From positions 96,001 through 160,000 of the forward strand of contig JAULAX010000013.1 in NCBI GenBank assembly GCA_032654565.1: a stretch of 64,000 nucleotides of DNA. The letters are read 5' to 3'. Positions 52,498 to 63,170 of the stretch are shown in pieces. The notes under the pieces are model-generated. The model was not told the origin of the DNA, did no database searches, and saw only the letters and a program-made list of their open reading frames with translations. The position numbers and the translations under genes were made by a program. The DNA comes from Anaeromyxobacteraceae bacterium (GTDB lineage: Bacteria; Myxococcota; Myxococcia; Myxococcales; Anaeromyxobacteraceae). Position 1 is the first letter of the stretch, and the number at the start of each line of letters is the position of its first letter.

Positions 52498-53256
52498 ATG
52501 ACCCGCCTCCGCGCCCTGCACCTCGCCGCCCCGCTGCTGGTCCTCGTCGCCGGCTGCGCCCACGGCCCCTCGCTCAAGGAGCAGAAGACCGCCGAGATCC
52601 ACAACGACCTGGCGGTGGAGGCGCTGCGCGCCGGGCGGTCGCAGGAGGCGCTCAGGGAGTACGACGTCGCCCTGGCCGCCGATCCGGAGATGCCCGAGGC
52701 GCTGATGGGGCGCGGCCTGGTGATGGAGTACGGGTTCGGCAAGCTGGCCGAGGCCGAGGCCAACTACCGGAAGGCCCTGCTCGTCCGGCCCGCCTACCCC
52801 GAGGTCCACAACAACCTCGGCCAGCTGCTGGCCAAGACCGGGCGGACGGCCGAGGCGCTCGCCGAGTTCGACAAGGCCCTCGACATCAACCTCTACATGG
52901 AGCCCTGGGTGGCCCGCTGCAACAAGGGCCAGACCCTCCACCGCATGGGGCGCCACGAGGAGGGGCTGGCCGAGCTGCGCACCTGCCTACGCATCGCCCC
53001 CAGGTACTGCCAGGGGCGGCGCGAGCTGGGCCGGATCCTGCTGGCCGACGGGAAGGTCAGCGAGGCCACCGTCGAGCTGGAGAGCTACGCCCGCGCCTGT
53101 CCGCTGTTCGCCGACGCCCAGCTGCAGCTCGGGCTGGCCAAGGTCAAGGGGAGCGACGCCGCCGGTGCCCGGGCCGCCTTCGAGAAGTGCGAGGGGATGG
53201 CCGGCGAGACGCCCGAGGGCGACGAGTGCCGCAAGATGCTCCAGCTGCTGAAGTAG
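52498..53256 (+). CDS. tgl: TPR lipoprotein pilotin for the type IV pilus secretin (Tgl/PilF-like)
   Basis: Lipobox VAGC; TPRs (PEVHNNLG, LYMEP..A..N.G) with paired Cys; followed by RodZ-like HTH gene. Confidence 0.8.
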   Translation: MTRLRALHLAAPLLVLVAGCAHGPSLKEQKTAEIHNDLAVEALRAGRSQEALREYDVALAADPEMPEALMGRGLVMEYGFGKLAEAEANYRKALLVRPAYPEVHNNLGQLLAKTGRTAEALAEFDKALDINLYMEPWVARCNKGQTLHRMGRHEEGLAELRTCLRIAPRYCQGRRELGRILLADGKVSEATVELESYARACPLFADAQLQLGLAKVKGSDAAGARAAFEKCEGMAGETPEGDECRKMLQLLK

Positions 53257-53267
53257 GGCCGCCGCGG

Positions 53268-53660
53268 ATGGCCGCCGAGGAGACCACCGCCGCCGGCCCG
53301 CTGCTGGCCTTTGGCCGTTGGCTGAAGCGGGAGCGGGAGCTGCGCGAGCTGGAGCGCGAGGACCTGGCCTCGGCCACCCGGCTCGGGCTCGGCGTCATCG
53401 AGGCGCTGGAGTCGGGCGACGAGGGGCGCATGCCGCCGCGCGCCTACGTGGTCGGCTACCTGCGCAGCTACGCCGCCGCCGCCGGCCTCGACGCCGACGA
53501 GCTGGTGCTGCGCTGGCAGGAGGCGGTCGGCCCCGGGCCGGAGGAGGCGCGGCGGCCGCGGGCGCGCCGCTGGCTCCCGCTGCTGGTGGCGGCGCTGGTG
53601 CTCGGGGCGGTCGGGGCCATGCTCCTCTCGGCGCTCTGGAGCGCCAGGCCGGGCGGGTGA
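53268..53660 (+). CDS. Short RodZ-like HTH membrane protein
   Basis: FGRWLKRERE, IEALESG, YVVGYLRSYA...GLD, C-terminal TM helix. Confidence 0.8.
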   Translation: MAAEETTAAGPLLAFGRWLKRERELRELEREDLASATRLGLGVIEALESGDEGRMPPRAYVVGYLRSYAAAAGLDADELVLRWQEAVGPGPEEARRPRARRWLPLLVAALVLGAVGAMLLSALWSARPGG

Positions 53661-53685
53661 GCCGGCCGGCCCGGCGGGGGACGCC

Positions 53686-54471
53686 GTGAGCGGGCGCTTC
53701 AAGCTGTCCGCGGTGGTCCTGCGCACCGTCGACTACGGCGAGGCCGACCGGGTGGTGACGCTGCTGAGCCGGGAGCGGGGCAAGCTGGTGGCCTTCGCCC
53801 GCGGCGCCCGGGCCTCGAAGCGCCGCTTCGGCGGCGGGCTCGAGCCCTTCACGCTGGTGACCGCGGAGCTGGCCGAGCGGGGCGGCGGCGACGCCATGGC
53901 CCGGCTCGACTCGGTGTCGGTGGAGCGGGCCTTCCCCCACGTCCGCGGCGACCTGGCCCGGATCGGCTGCGCCGCCTACGCCGCCGAGCTGGCCGGGGCG
54001 CTGGTGCGGGACCACGAGCCCCACGCCGCGCTCTTCGACCTGCTGGTGGCGTACCTGGGCCGCCTCGACGCCGCTCCGGCCCGCCCGGCCGAGCTGCGGG
54101 TCTTCGAGCTCGGGGCGCTGGACGCCGCCGGGTTCCAGCCGCGGCTCGACGGCTGCGCCCGCTGCGGCGAGGCGGCCGGCGGGCCGGAGGAGGGCGAGGC
54201 GGGCGGGGCGGCCTTCTCCCCGGTCGACGGGGGGCTGCTCTGCGGGCGGTGCCAGGCCGGCGCGGTGGGGCTCACCCGGCTCGGCGCCGGGTCGGTGGCG
54301 GCGCTGCGGCGGCTCCAGCAGGGGGGCTTCGCCGCCGCCGGTGAGGGGCTCACCCCGGCGGCCGGCCGGGAGCTGCGCGAGGCGCTCGGGCGGTTCGTGG
54401 AGCAGCTGATCGGCCACCGGCTCCAGGCCCGGCGCTTCCTCGACGAGGTGGCCTCGCTGCGCCAGGAGTGA
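53686..54471 (+). CDS. recO: DNA repair protein RecO
   Basis: VVLRTVDYGEADRVVTL, ARGAR.SKRRFGG.LEPF, CARC...CGRC zinc finger. Confidence 0.94.
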   Translation: MSGRFKLSAVVLRTVDYGEADRVVTLLSRERGKLVAFARGARASKRRFGGGLEPFTLVTAELAERGGGDAMARLDSVSVERAFPHVRGDLARIGCAAYAAELAGALVRDHEPHAALFDLLVAYLGRLDAAPARPAELRVFELGALDAAGFQPRLDGCARCGEAAGGPEEGEAGGAAFSPVDGGLLCGRCQAGAVGLTRLGAGSVAALRRLQQGGFAAAGEGLTPAAGRELREALGRFVEQLIGHRLQARRFLDEVASLRQE

Positions 54472-54540
54472 GCCGTCCGACCGGTCCGGCGGCCGGCCGG
54501 ACCCCCGGTCCCGCGCGGGGCGGAGCCGGCAGCTTACCGT

Positions 54541-54569
54541 TTGACATCGCGGGGTTGGGACCATAGGTT
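54541..54569 (+). promoter_or_regulatory. Putative sigma70 promoter of glyQS
   Basis: TTGACA-N17-TAGGTT. Confidence 0.65.
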
Positions 54570-54616
54570 GCACGGTCCATTCGGCCGATTCTCCACCCGT
54601 CGCGAGGAGCGATCGC

Positions 54617-55558
<942 letters not shown>

Positions 55559-55567
55559 GAGAGACCA

Positions 55568-57679
55568 ATGGCTGACCTTCTGTTCGAGATCGGGGCCGAG
55601 GAGATCCCGGCCGGCTTCGTGCCGCCGGCGGTGAAGCAGCTCGAGGAGGACCTCGGCAGGCTGCTCGACGAGGCCCGGCTCACCCACGGCGAGGTCAAGG
55701 CCATGGGGACGCCGCGCCGGCTGGTGGTCTGGGCGCGCGACCTCGGCGCCCGGCAGGCCGACGCCCGCCACGAGGCGCTGGGCCCGTCGGTGGCCGCCGC
55801 CTTCGACGCCGAGGGGAAGCCCACGCCGGCGGCGCTCGGCTTCGCCCGGAGCCAGGGGGTCGAGGTGGCCGCCCTGGAGCGGATCGAGTCGCCCAAGGGG
55901 CTGCGGCTGGGGCTCACCCGGGTGGAGAAGGGGCAGAAGGCGGAGCAGGTGCTGCCGGCGCTGCTGGGCCGCCTGCTGGCCGGGCTGCGCTTCAAGAAGG
56001 TGATGCGCTCGCGCTGGGACGAGGTGACCTTCGCCCGCCCCATCCGCTGGATCGCCGCGCTCCACGGCGGAAAGCTGGTCAAGCTCGGCCACGGCGAGGT
56101 CCGCAGCGGGACGGTCACCCACGGCCACCGCTTCCTGGCGCCACGGGCCGTCCCGCTCACCGGGACGCCGGAGGACTACCTGAAGAAGATGGCCGCCGCC
56201 CACGTCCTCGTCGACCCGGTGGCCCGCAAGTCTGCCATCGAGAAGGCGCTGGCCGCGGCGGCGAAGCGCGGCGGCGGCGTGGTCCGCCCCGACCCGGAGC
56301 TGGTCGAGCAGGTCACCAACCTGGTCGAGCACCCCACCGCGGTGCTGGGCGAGTTCGAGAAGTCGAACCTGGCCCTGCCGCCCGAGGTGGTGGTCACCGA
56401 GATGCGCAACCACCAGCGCTACTTCGCCGTGGTGGACGGGCAGGGGAGGCTGACCAACCGGTTCGTGGCCATCTCAGGCACGCCGGTCAAGGACCCCAGG
56501 GTGGCGCGCAACGGGTACCAGCGGGTGCTGCGGGCCCGCCTCGCCGACGCCCGCTTCTTCTTCGAGGAGGACCGGAAGCGCACCCTGGAGAGCCGCGTCG
56601 CCGAGCTGGGCCGGCGCACCTACCAGGCCCGGCTGGGCACCGAGCTGCAGCGGGTGGAGCGGATCGGCCGGCTGGCGGCGGCGCTGGCCGGCGCCCTCGG
56701 CAAGGAGGCGCTGCAGGCCGACCTGGCGGTGGCGGCCCGGCTCTGCAAGGCCGACCTCGGCACCGGAATGGTCGGTGAGTTTCCCGAGTTGCAGGGGATC
56801 ATGGGTGGACACTACGCGCGGCTCGAGGGGCTGGCCCCCGACGTGGCCGACGCCATCGAGGACCACTACCGGCCCATCGGCGCCGGCGAGGAGATGCCGC
56901 GCGGCGACCTCGGCACCCTGGTCGGCCTCTCCGACCGGCTCCACCAGCTGGTGGGGATCATCGGCGTGGGCGAGAAGGCCACCGGCGGCGCCGATCCCTT
57001 CGGCCTGCGCCGCGCCGCCATCGGCATCCTGCGGCTGGTGCTCGACCGCGGCTACCACCTCTCGCTCCGCGCCGCCGTGGAGGCCACGCTCGACGGCCTG
57101 GACGGGGTCCGGCTGGCGGGCGAGCGGAAGCAGGTGGTGGGGCAGGTGCTCGAGTTCATCCGCGGCCGGCTCAAGGCCCAGTGGTCGGAGGAGTTCGCCG
57201 TCGATCTCGTCGAGGCGGTGCTGACCGCCGGTCACGACGACGTGGTCGACGCCCGGCAGCGGCTCCAGGCGCTGGCGGTGGTGCGGCAGCGCGAGGACTT
57301 CGTGCCGCTGGCGGTGGCGTTCAAGCGGGTCGCCAACATCCAGGAGAAGGCCGCGGCCGGCGGCGCCGCGGTGGACGTGGCGCTGCTGAGCGAGCCGGCC
57401 GAGCTGGCGCTGCAGGCCGAGCTGGAGCGGGTGGAGCGCGAGGCCACGGCGCTGCGGGCGCGGCGCGACTACCCGGCCATCCTCCGGGCGGTGGTCACCC
57501 TCAAGCCGGCCATCGACGCCTTCTTCGACGGCGTCATGGTGATGGCCGAGGACCCGCGGCTGCGGGCCAACCGGCTGGCGCTGATGCGGCGGGTGGCCGG
57601 CCTCTTCGCCGACATCGCCGACTTCAGGAAGATCCAGGCCGAGCTGCCCCCGGGCGCCGGCCAGCGGAAGGTGGGCTAG
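55568..57679 (+). CDS. glyS: Glycine--tRNA ligase beta subunit
   Basis: LLFEIGAEEIP, TPRRL, RPIRW, EFPELQG, DPFGLRR, NRLAL. Confidence 0.96.
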   Translation: MADLLFEIGAEEIPAGFVPPAVKQLEEDLGRLLDEARLTHGEVKAMGTPRRLVVWARDLGARQADARHEALGPSVAAAFDAEGKPTPAALGFARSQGVEVAALERIESPKGLRLGLTRVEKGQKAEQVLPALLGRLLAGLRFKKVMRSRWDEVTFARPIRWIAALHGGKLVKLGHGEVRSGTVTHGHRFLAPRAVPLTGTPEDYLKKMAAAHVLVDPVARKSAIEKALAAAAKRGGGVVRPDPELVEQVTNLVEHPTAVLGEFEKSNLALPPEVVVTEMRNHQRYFAVVDGQGRLTNRFVAISGTPVKDPRVARNGYQRVLRARLADARFFFEEDRKRTLESRVAELGRRTYQARLGTELQRVERIGRLAAALAGALGKEALQADLAVAARLCKADLGTGMVGEFPELQGIMGGHYARLEGLAPDVADAIEDHYRPIGAGEEMPRGDLGTLVGLSDRLHQLVGIIGVGEKATGGADPFGLRRAAIGILRLVLDRGYHLSLRAAVEATLDGLDGVRLAGERKQVVGQVLEFIRGRLKAQWSEEFAVDLVEAVLTAGHDDVVDARQRLQALAVVRQREDFVPLAVAFKRVANIQEKAAAGGAAVDVALLSEPAELALQAELERVEREATALRARRDYPAILRAVVTLKPAIDAFFDGVMVMAEDPRLRANRLALMRRVAGLFADIADFRKIQAELPPGAGQRKVG

Positions 57680-57682
57680 ACG

Positions 57683-59131
57683 ATGCGGCGCCTCGTGGTC
57701 CTCGCGGTCCTCACCCTGGCGGCCTGCACCGAGGCCGGCAACACGCTGGCGCCGCCCATGGACCGGTTCTTCTTCCCGTCCGGCCTGGCCCTCACCTCCA
57801 CCGCCGGCGGCAACCAGGCCCTGCTGGTCGCCTCCGCCAACTTCGACCTCCACTACGCCTTCGACTCCGGGGCCACCGTCCTCTCCGTCGACCCGCGCCC
57901 GGCCAGCGAGGGCGGCTCGGCCAGGCCGGGTGGCGGGGCCCTGGTGAAGCACGGGGCCGGCGCGCGGCTCCCCAGCTTCACCGGGCCGCTGGCCGTCGCC
58001 GACGCCACCACCTGTCCCGGCGACCTGGCCAACCCCGGGTTCGGCACCGCCACCCGCCCCGCCACGGCGCTGATCACCTCCCGCTACGTCAACCGGCTCT
58101 ACCTGCTGCCGATCGGCGCCGACGGCGCCCTGGAGCCCTGCGGCGGGCCGGAGTGCTCGCTGCCGCTCGACCCGCGGCTGCTCGACGCCGGGTCGGTCAC
58201 GGTCACCTGTCGCGCCGACGGCGCCCGGCGCACCGCCTGGGTCAGCTACCTGTGGGATCCTCAGCTGACCACGGCGGCGGGCGTCGTGGTCAGCCCCGGC
58301 ACCGCCTGGCTCTCCGAGGTCGACCTGGAGGACCCGGCCGTCGCGCTGCGGACCATCCCGCTGACCTTCGGGACGGTGGCCGACGCCGTCTACGACGCCG
58401 CCAGCGACCGGCTCTTCGCGGTGGGCGGCTCCTCGACCTTCACGGCGCCGGTCTTCGTGCTCAACCTGCGCCCCTGCCGCCCCGGCGACGCCACCTGCCC
58501 CTCGCCCAGCTTCGTGGTGACCGACCTGTACGGCGCCCTGCGCGGCACCGACCTGACCGGCATCGCCCTGTCCAACCGGCAGGCCGGGCGTGGCCGCCGG
58601 GCCTACGTCTCGGCGCGGGTCTACGACGCCGACATCGCCCTGGCCGGCGGCTACCGACCGGCCAATGACATCGCCGGCGTCCTCATGGTCCTCGACATCG
58701 AGGAGAACGGCGGGGGCAAGCCGGCGATGCGGGTCCTCTCGGTGACCGAGGTGGGGCTCGGGCCAGGGAAGGTCGCGGTGCTCCCGCCCCGGCCGGCCCA
58801 CGCCGACGGCACGCCGCGAGGCGACCTGGTGGTGGTCACCAACTCCACGGATGGGGTGGTCACGGTGTACGACGACGACCTCGGCGCCGTGGTCCGGGTG
58901 CTGCCCCTCGACGAGCGCACCGGCCGCCCCGAGGCCGGCCGGGTCCCCTACGCGCTGGTCGTCGACCCGCGGCCGCGCGGCACCGGCGCCGACGTCTTCG
59001 TCCGGGCCTACGTGGCCTCCTTCCGCCAGGACATGATCAGCCTCGTCGACGTGCCGCTGCTGAACCCCGGGGCGGCCGCCATCTACAGGGAAGGCGGTCA
59101 GCCGGCCGTGATCGGAACGGTGACGCCATGA
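57683..59131 (+). CDS. Uncharacterised lipoprotein, probable beta-propeller
   Basis: Lipobox LAAC; repeated four-strand units (LLVASANFD, RLFAVG, RAYVSA, LVVVTNS, RAYVASF). Confidence 0.75.
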   Translation: MRRLVVLAVLTLAACTEAGNTLAPPMDRFFFPSGLALTSTAGGNQALLVASANFDLHYAFDSGATVLSVDPRPASEGGSARPGGGALVKHGAGARLPSFTGPLAVADATTCPGDLANPGFGTATRPATALITSRYVNRLYLLPIGADGALEPCGGPECSLPLDPRLLDAGSVTVTCRADGARRTAWVSYLWDPQLTTAAGVVVSPGTAWLSEVDLEDPAVALRTIPLTFGTVADAVYDAASDRLFAVGGSSTFTAPVFVLNLRPCRPGDATCPSPSFVVTDLYGALRGTDLTGIALSNRQAGRGRRAYVSARVYDADIALAGGYRPANDIAGVLMVLDIEENGGGKPAMRVLSVTEVGLGPGKVAVLPPRPAHADGTPRGDLVVVTNSTDGVVTVYDDDLGAVVRVLPLDERTGRPEAGRVPYALVVDPRPRGTGADVFVRAYVASFRQDMISLVDVPLLNPGAAAIYREGGQPAVIGTVTP

Positions 59132-61866
59132 AAAGGACCCTGCTCCTCGCCCTGGTCCTCCTCGCCGGGTGCTCCAAGAGCACGACGCGCCCCGGCGCCA
59201 GGTTCCAGAGCCCCTCCGGCGTGACCGTCTTCCGGGGCTTCACCGGCCAGGCCCCGGCCGCCCTCGGCACCTACGTCGCCGTCGCCGACTCCCGCGGCGA
59301 CGACCTCCGCCTCATCAACGCCACCGACAACACCATCGTCCTCTCCCAGACCCTGGTCTCGCCGCTCAGCGTCCCGGTCGATCCTCGCCCCGCCCGGCTG
59401 GCCGCCGGCAGCCTCAACGACGTCGACGCCGGCACGCCGCCGGCCCCGGTCGATCGGCCGTGGCTGCTGGTCTCCGGCTCCACCGGGATGATGACCCGGG
59501 AGAGCCCGCTCCCCGGCGAGCCGGTGATCGCGGCCCGGGTCCAGGTCATCGACACCTGGAGCAGCAAGGTCACGGTCCGCCCGGAGCTGACCGTGGACTT
59601 CGGCGCCATCCCCGGCCTGGAGCAGGAGATCATCCTCAGCCTGGCGGTGGTGCACCGTCCGGTGGACGACGGCGCCGGCGGCGCCACGGCCGCGCCCGGG
59701 GTCGCCCGCCTGCTCATCGGCGCCAGCGGCGGCAAGCTGGTGGTGGTGGACTACACCCGCGGGCCGGACGGGTTGGCCATCCAGGCCGGCGCCGTCACCG
59801 TGCAGGAGCTCGGCTTCGAGCCGCTCTCCCTGGCCGCCTCGCCCGACCTGCGGCACCTCTACGTCGCCACCCCGGATCCCATCGGCACCGTCGAGGGGGT
59901 GGCCGAGCTGGACATGACCGGCCCGCTGGGGGCCTGGCCGGTGCGGGGGCTCGACGCCCGGGCCCCGACCACCCACGTGGTCGCCGGCCTGGTCGGTGAG
60001 TTCGCCGGGTTCACCACGGTCCTCCCGTTCGACGCCAAGGACAGCGACGCCACCCGCCCCTCCAACGCCAGCAACCGGGGGGTCGATCTCTTCGGGCCGC
60101 CGGTGCTGCGGGTCTACGCCGCCATCGATCCGGACCGCTGTGGCCGCTCCGCCCGCGTCCCCTGCGGCCTGGCCGTCATCGACCCGGCCGCCGGCGGGCT
60201 GGTGCCCGACCCGGCGCCGGCGCCCACCCCGGAGTTCCCCACGGCGCGGCAGCGGTACCTGACGCCCATCGAGGTGCCCGGAACCATCACCGGCCTGGCC
60301 TTCGTTCCGCCTCCCCGGTACGGCCCGGCCGTCTCCACCCCCAACGCACCGCTCCCGCCCATGCCCTCGCCGCTCATGCTCATCACCCCCGGCTCCGGGC
60401 AGCGCTACACCTCGGCGGTGGTGATGGTGGCGACCACCCAGGGGCGGATCTACCTTGCCGACGTGGGCCACTGGGCCGTCCCCAGCGACCTGTCGATCAT
60501 CAACTCGGTGGCGACGAGCAGCAACAGCGCCCGCACCCGGGTGCTGTCGGCCGAGAACGCCGTGCCCAACCTCGGCGTCGACCCGGTCACCAACCTGCCC
60601 ATCCCCCAGCCCGCGGACGTCCCGTTCATCGGGCTCTGGAGCGACAGCGTCCTGCCCGAGTACTACACCGCCCCGCCCAACCCCACCAACCCGGGGATCG
60701 CCGGGCTGGGGCTCGAGCCCGATCACCTCTACGACACCCCCAAGCTGCTCCTCCACCCCTGGGTGACGCCCGGCTTCACGCAGAGCGAGTCCTGGGCCGT
60801 CACCTTCCAGGGCAAGTTCCCCGGGCTGAGCGCCCGCGAGGGACAGGTCAACTCGCCGGGGAGCGGCTCGGGCTGGGTGGCCATCCAGACGGACACCGGC
60901 CTGGCCGGCGCCAACCGCCTGCGCGGCGTGATCAACCTCTACGATCCCGGCCTCGGCCTCCACGCCGGCGACGGGACCGGCGCCAGCCCCGGCGACATCG
61001 TGGTCATCGATCCGGGAGACGCCGTGGCCTGTCCCCAGGGGGCCTTCGAGGTGGAGGTGCGGGGGTTCCTCTACCCGACCGCGGACTACCCGGGCGGCGC
61101 CGTGGCGGTGGCCCCGCGCACCGCCTGCCACGACGGCCGCGGTGTGGTGGTGGACTGCCCCGGCGTCCCCACCTGCCTCGATGGCACCGGGACCCGGGCG
61201 GCGACCGTCACCTTCCGCGCCTCGGCCATGCTGCTGACCGGGAGCGCCTCCGGCTACGCCGGCCGGCCGCCGGTCATCCTCGACCCGGTGGGCGCGCCGC
61301 TGTTCCGCTTCGAGTACGAGGACGAGGACGCGCTCACCTGCCCGGTCCAGCCGGAGCTGGCCTGGCCGCCGCCGCCGTGCGACGCCGCCTGCCGGGCCCA
61401 GTGCGAGCGGTTGGCGCTGGCCCGCAAGGCCCGCCGCTTCACCTACGTGACCAGCTCGCTCGACTGCTCCGGCTGGCCGAACCGGGTGGACAAGGGGGAC
61501 TGCCAGGCCATCTGGCGCCACCTCACCTGGCCCATCACCACCGGGCCGGTCCTGGCCTTCCGCCTCGGGCTCTACCGGCGCGACCTGGCCCCGGCCAGCG
61601 CCACGGCGTCCAACGCCTACACCGCCCGGGACGCCTCCCTCCAGATCACCACGGCCTCCGGGATGTCGCCGTCGTCGCGGGTGCCACGCTCCGGCGCGAG
61701 CGCCTACGGCGCGGCGCTGCCGACCGGGCTCACGGTCCACGACCGGAGCACGGCGGCCACCGCCGATCGGCGGGACGGGATGCGGGTCTACGCCAGCTTC
61801 CCGGCCAACGCGGTGATCGACTTCAGCCCGTCCAGCGGCGCCGGTGACGTCACCACCATCCGTTGA
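59128..61866 (+). CDS. Large uncharacterised lipoprotein (912 aa), beta-rich with Cys pairs
   Basis: Lipobox LAGC; ATGA overlap with the previous gene; strong GC3 bias. Confidence 0.78.
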   Translation: MKRTLLLALVLLAGCSKSTTRPGARFQSPSGVTVFRGFTGQAPAALGTYVAVADSRGDDLRLINATDNTIVLSQTLVSPLSVPVDPRPARLAAGSLNDVDAGTPPAPVDRPWLLVSGSTGMMTRESPLPGEPVIAARVQVIDTWSSKVTVRPELTVDFGAIPGLEQEIILSLAVVHRPVDDGAGGATAAPGVARLLIGASGGKLVVVDYTRGPDGLAIQAGAVTVQELGFEPLSLAASPDLRHLYVATPDPIGTVEGVAELDMTGPLGAWPVRGLDARAPTTHVVAGLVGEFAGFTTVLPFDAKDSDATRPSNASNRGVDLFGPPVLRVYAAIDPDRCGRSARVPCGLAVIDPAAGGLVPDPAPAPTPEFPTARQRYLTPIEVPGTITGLAFVPPPRYGPAVSTPNAPLPPMPSPLMLITPGSGQRYTSAVVMVATTQGRIYLADVGHWAVPSDLSIINSVATSSNSARTRVLSAENAVPNLGVDPVTNLPIPQPADVPFIGLWSDSVLPEYYTAPPNPTNPGIAGLGLEPDHLYDTPKLLLHPWVTPGFTQSESWAVTFQGKFPGLSAREGQVNSPGSGSGWVAIQTDTGLAGANRLRGVINLYDPGLGLHAGDGTGASPGDIVVIDPGDAVACPQGAFEVEVRGFLYPTADYPGGAVAVAPRTACHDGRGVVVDCPGVPTCLDGTGTRAATVTFRASAMLLTGSASGYAGRPPVILDPVGAPLFRFEYEDEDALTCPVQPELAWPPPPCDAACRAQCERLALARKARRFTYVTSSLDCSGWPNRVDKGDCQAIWRHLTWPITTGPVLAFRLGLYRRDLAPASATASNAYTARDASLQITTASGMSPSSRVPRSGASAYGAALPTGLTVHDRSTAATADRRDGMRVYASFPANAVIDFSPSSGAGDVTTIR

Positions 61867-61899
61867 CCGGGGTGCCGGCGGCGTGCGAGCGTCGCCGGC

Positions 61900-62427
61900 A
61901 TGAAGGGCCTGCCTCGCCAGCTGCAGATCCCCGACGAGCTCTGGACCCCGCTGGGCGCCCTCTCGGAGCGGCTGGGCATCGACCGGGAGGCGCTGGTCCG
62001 CCAGGCCGTCCACGCCTTCCTGCGCTTCCACGGCGCCATCCCGGACGGGCCGGCCGCCCCGGCCGGGAGCGACCGGGCCGCCACCGCCACCCGCGTGCTG
62101 GAGACCGCCCGGGAGCTGGAGCGGGCCATCCCCGACAACCGGCCGTTCCCCACCCTGCGGCTGATGGGCGAGGCCGGCCTGCTGGCCACGGTCCGTGGTG
62201 ACCGGTTCGTCATCGGCCGGGGCAGGCACTGCGACCTGGTCATCGAGGGCGCCAAGGTCTCGCGGGAGCACGCCGCCGTCCAGCGCCTCCCCGACGGCTG
62301 GTGGATCGAGGACCTCGGCTCCTCCAACGGCACCTGGTTCCGCCGCGCCCGCATCGAGCGGCGGCGCATCGAGGAAGGCGACGAGTACTTCATCTGCGCG
62401 GAGAAGATCAGATGCCTGCTCTCCTGA
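61900..62427 (+). CDS. Ribbon-helix-helix-like plus FHA-domain protein
   Basis: RQLQIPDELW..L..LSERLGIDREALVRQAV N-terminus; FVIGRG...VSREHA...IEDLGSSNGTW FHA. Confidence 0.82.
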   Translation: MKGLPRQLQIPDELWTPLGALSERLGIDREALVRQAVHAFLRFHGAIPDGPAAPAGSDRAATATRVLETARELERAIPDNRPFPTLRLMGEAGLLATVRGDRFVIGRGRHCDLVIEGAKVSREHAAVQRLPDGWWIEDLGSSNGTWFRRARIERRRIEEGDEYFICAEKIRCLLS

Positions 62428-62912
62428 TGGCGATGGCCCTGCTGGCCGGCCCGGCGGCCCCCTCCGCGGTGCCCCTCACCCTGGGGGAGCGGCAGGTGGT
62501 GACCCTGGAGTTCACCCGGCCGGTGGCCAAGCTCGGCGTCACCGACGCCGACGCCCTGCAGCTGGAGCCCTCGGGGACCCGGCTCAAGGTGACGGCGCTG
62601 CGCGCCGGCCGCTCCCAGCTGGACGTCGGCTTCGACGACGGGTCCACGCTGGCCTGGGACATCACCGTGGTGGCGGTGAGGCGCTCGGGCGCGGCCGCTG
62701 CGCCCGGCGAGCTCGAGCTGGCGGTGGGGGAGGAGCGCAAGGTGGCGTCCCCGGGGCTGGCGCGGGTGCTCTTCGAGGAGAGCGGCGTGGTCAAGGTGCG
62801 CCCCGAGTCGGAGTCGGTGGTGCTGACGGCCATCGGGGTGGGGCGGGCTTCGGTGGTGCTGGTGGACGGCGCCGGCAAGCGGACCACGCTGACGGTCAAG
62901 GTCAAGCCCTGA
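62412..62912 (+). CDS. Secreted protein with two pilus-secretin N-terminal-like (CpaC/RcpA-N type) beta domains
   Basis: Signal peptide; duplicated L.LG....L...V...(A/G)...GR..(L/V).V....G......V.V pattern. Confidence 0.62.
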   Translation: MPALLMAMALLAGPAAPSAVPLTLGERQVVTLEFTRPVAKLGVTDADALQLEPSGTRLKVTALRAGRSQLDVGFDDGSTLAWDITVVAVRRSGAAAAPGELELAVGEERKVASPGLARVLFEESGVVKVRPESESVVLTAIGVGRASVVLVDGAGKRTTLTVKVKP

Positions 62913-63170
62913 TGGTGCTGGCGGCGGCTTCTGGTGCCGCCAGCGCAAGACATGTCAGCATCTCCAGGTTCGAATCGTCCTGCTTTTCCTGCTGGCGCTC
63001 CATCCACCTGGAGGTCTGAACCTGGCTTGCGTCGGCGCCGACCAGGGCCTCCGCGCAGACCAGGGCCTCCGCGCCGGAGCGCGGTCCACCTGCGCGCTCG
63101 CCGCGCCTGCGGCGCGCCTTCTCGCCGGGGCGTGTCCGCCAGGGCGGGCCTGGCTGGGGCTGCGAAACTC

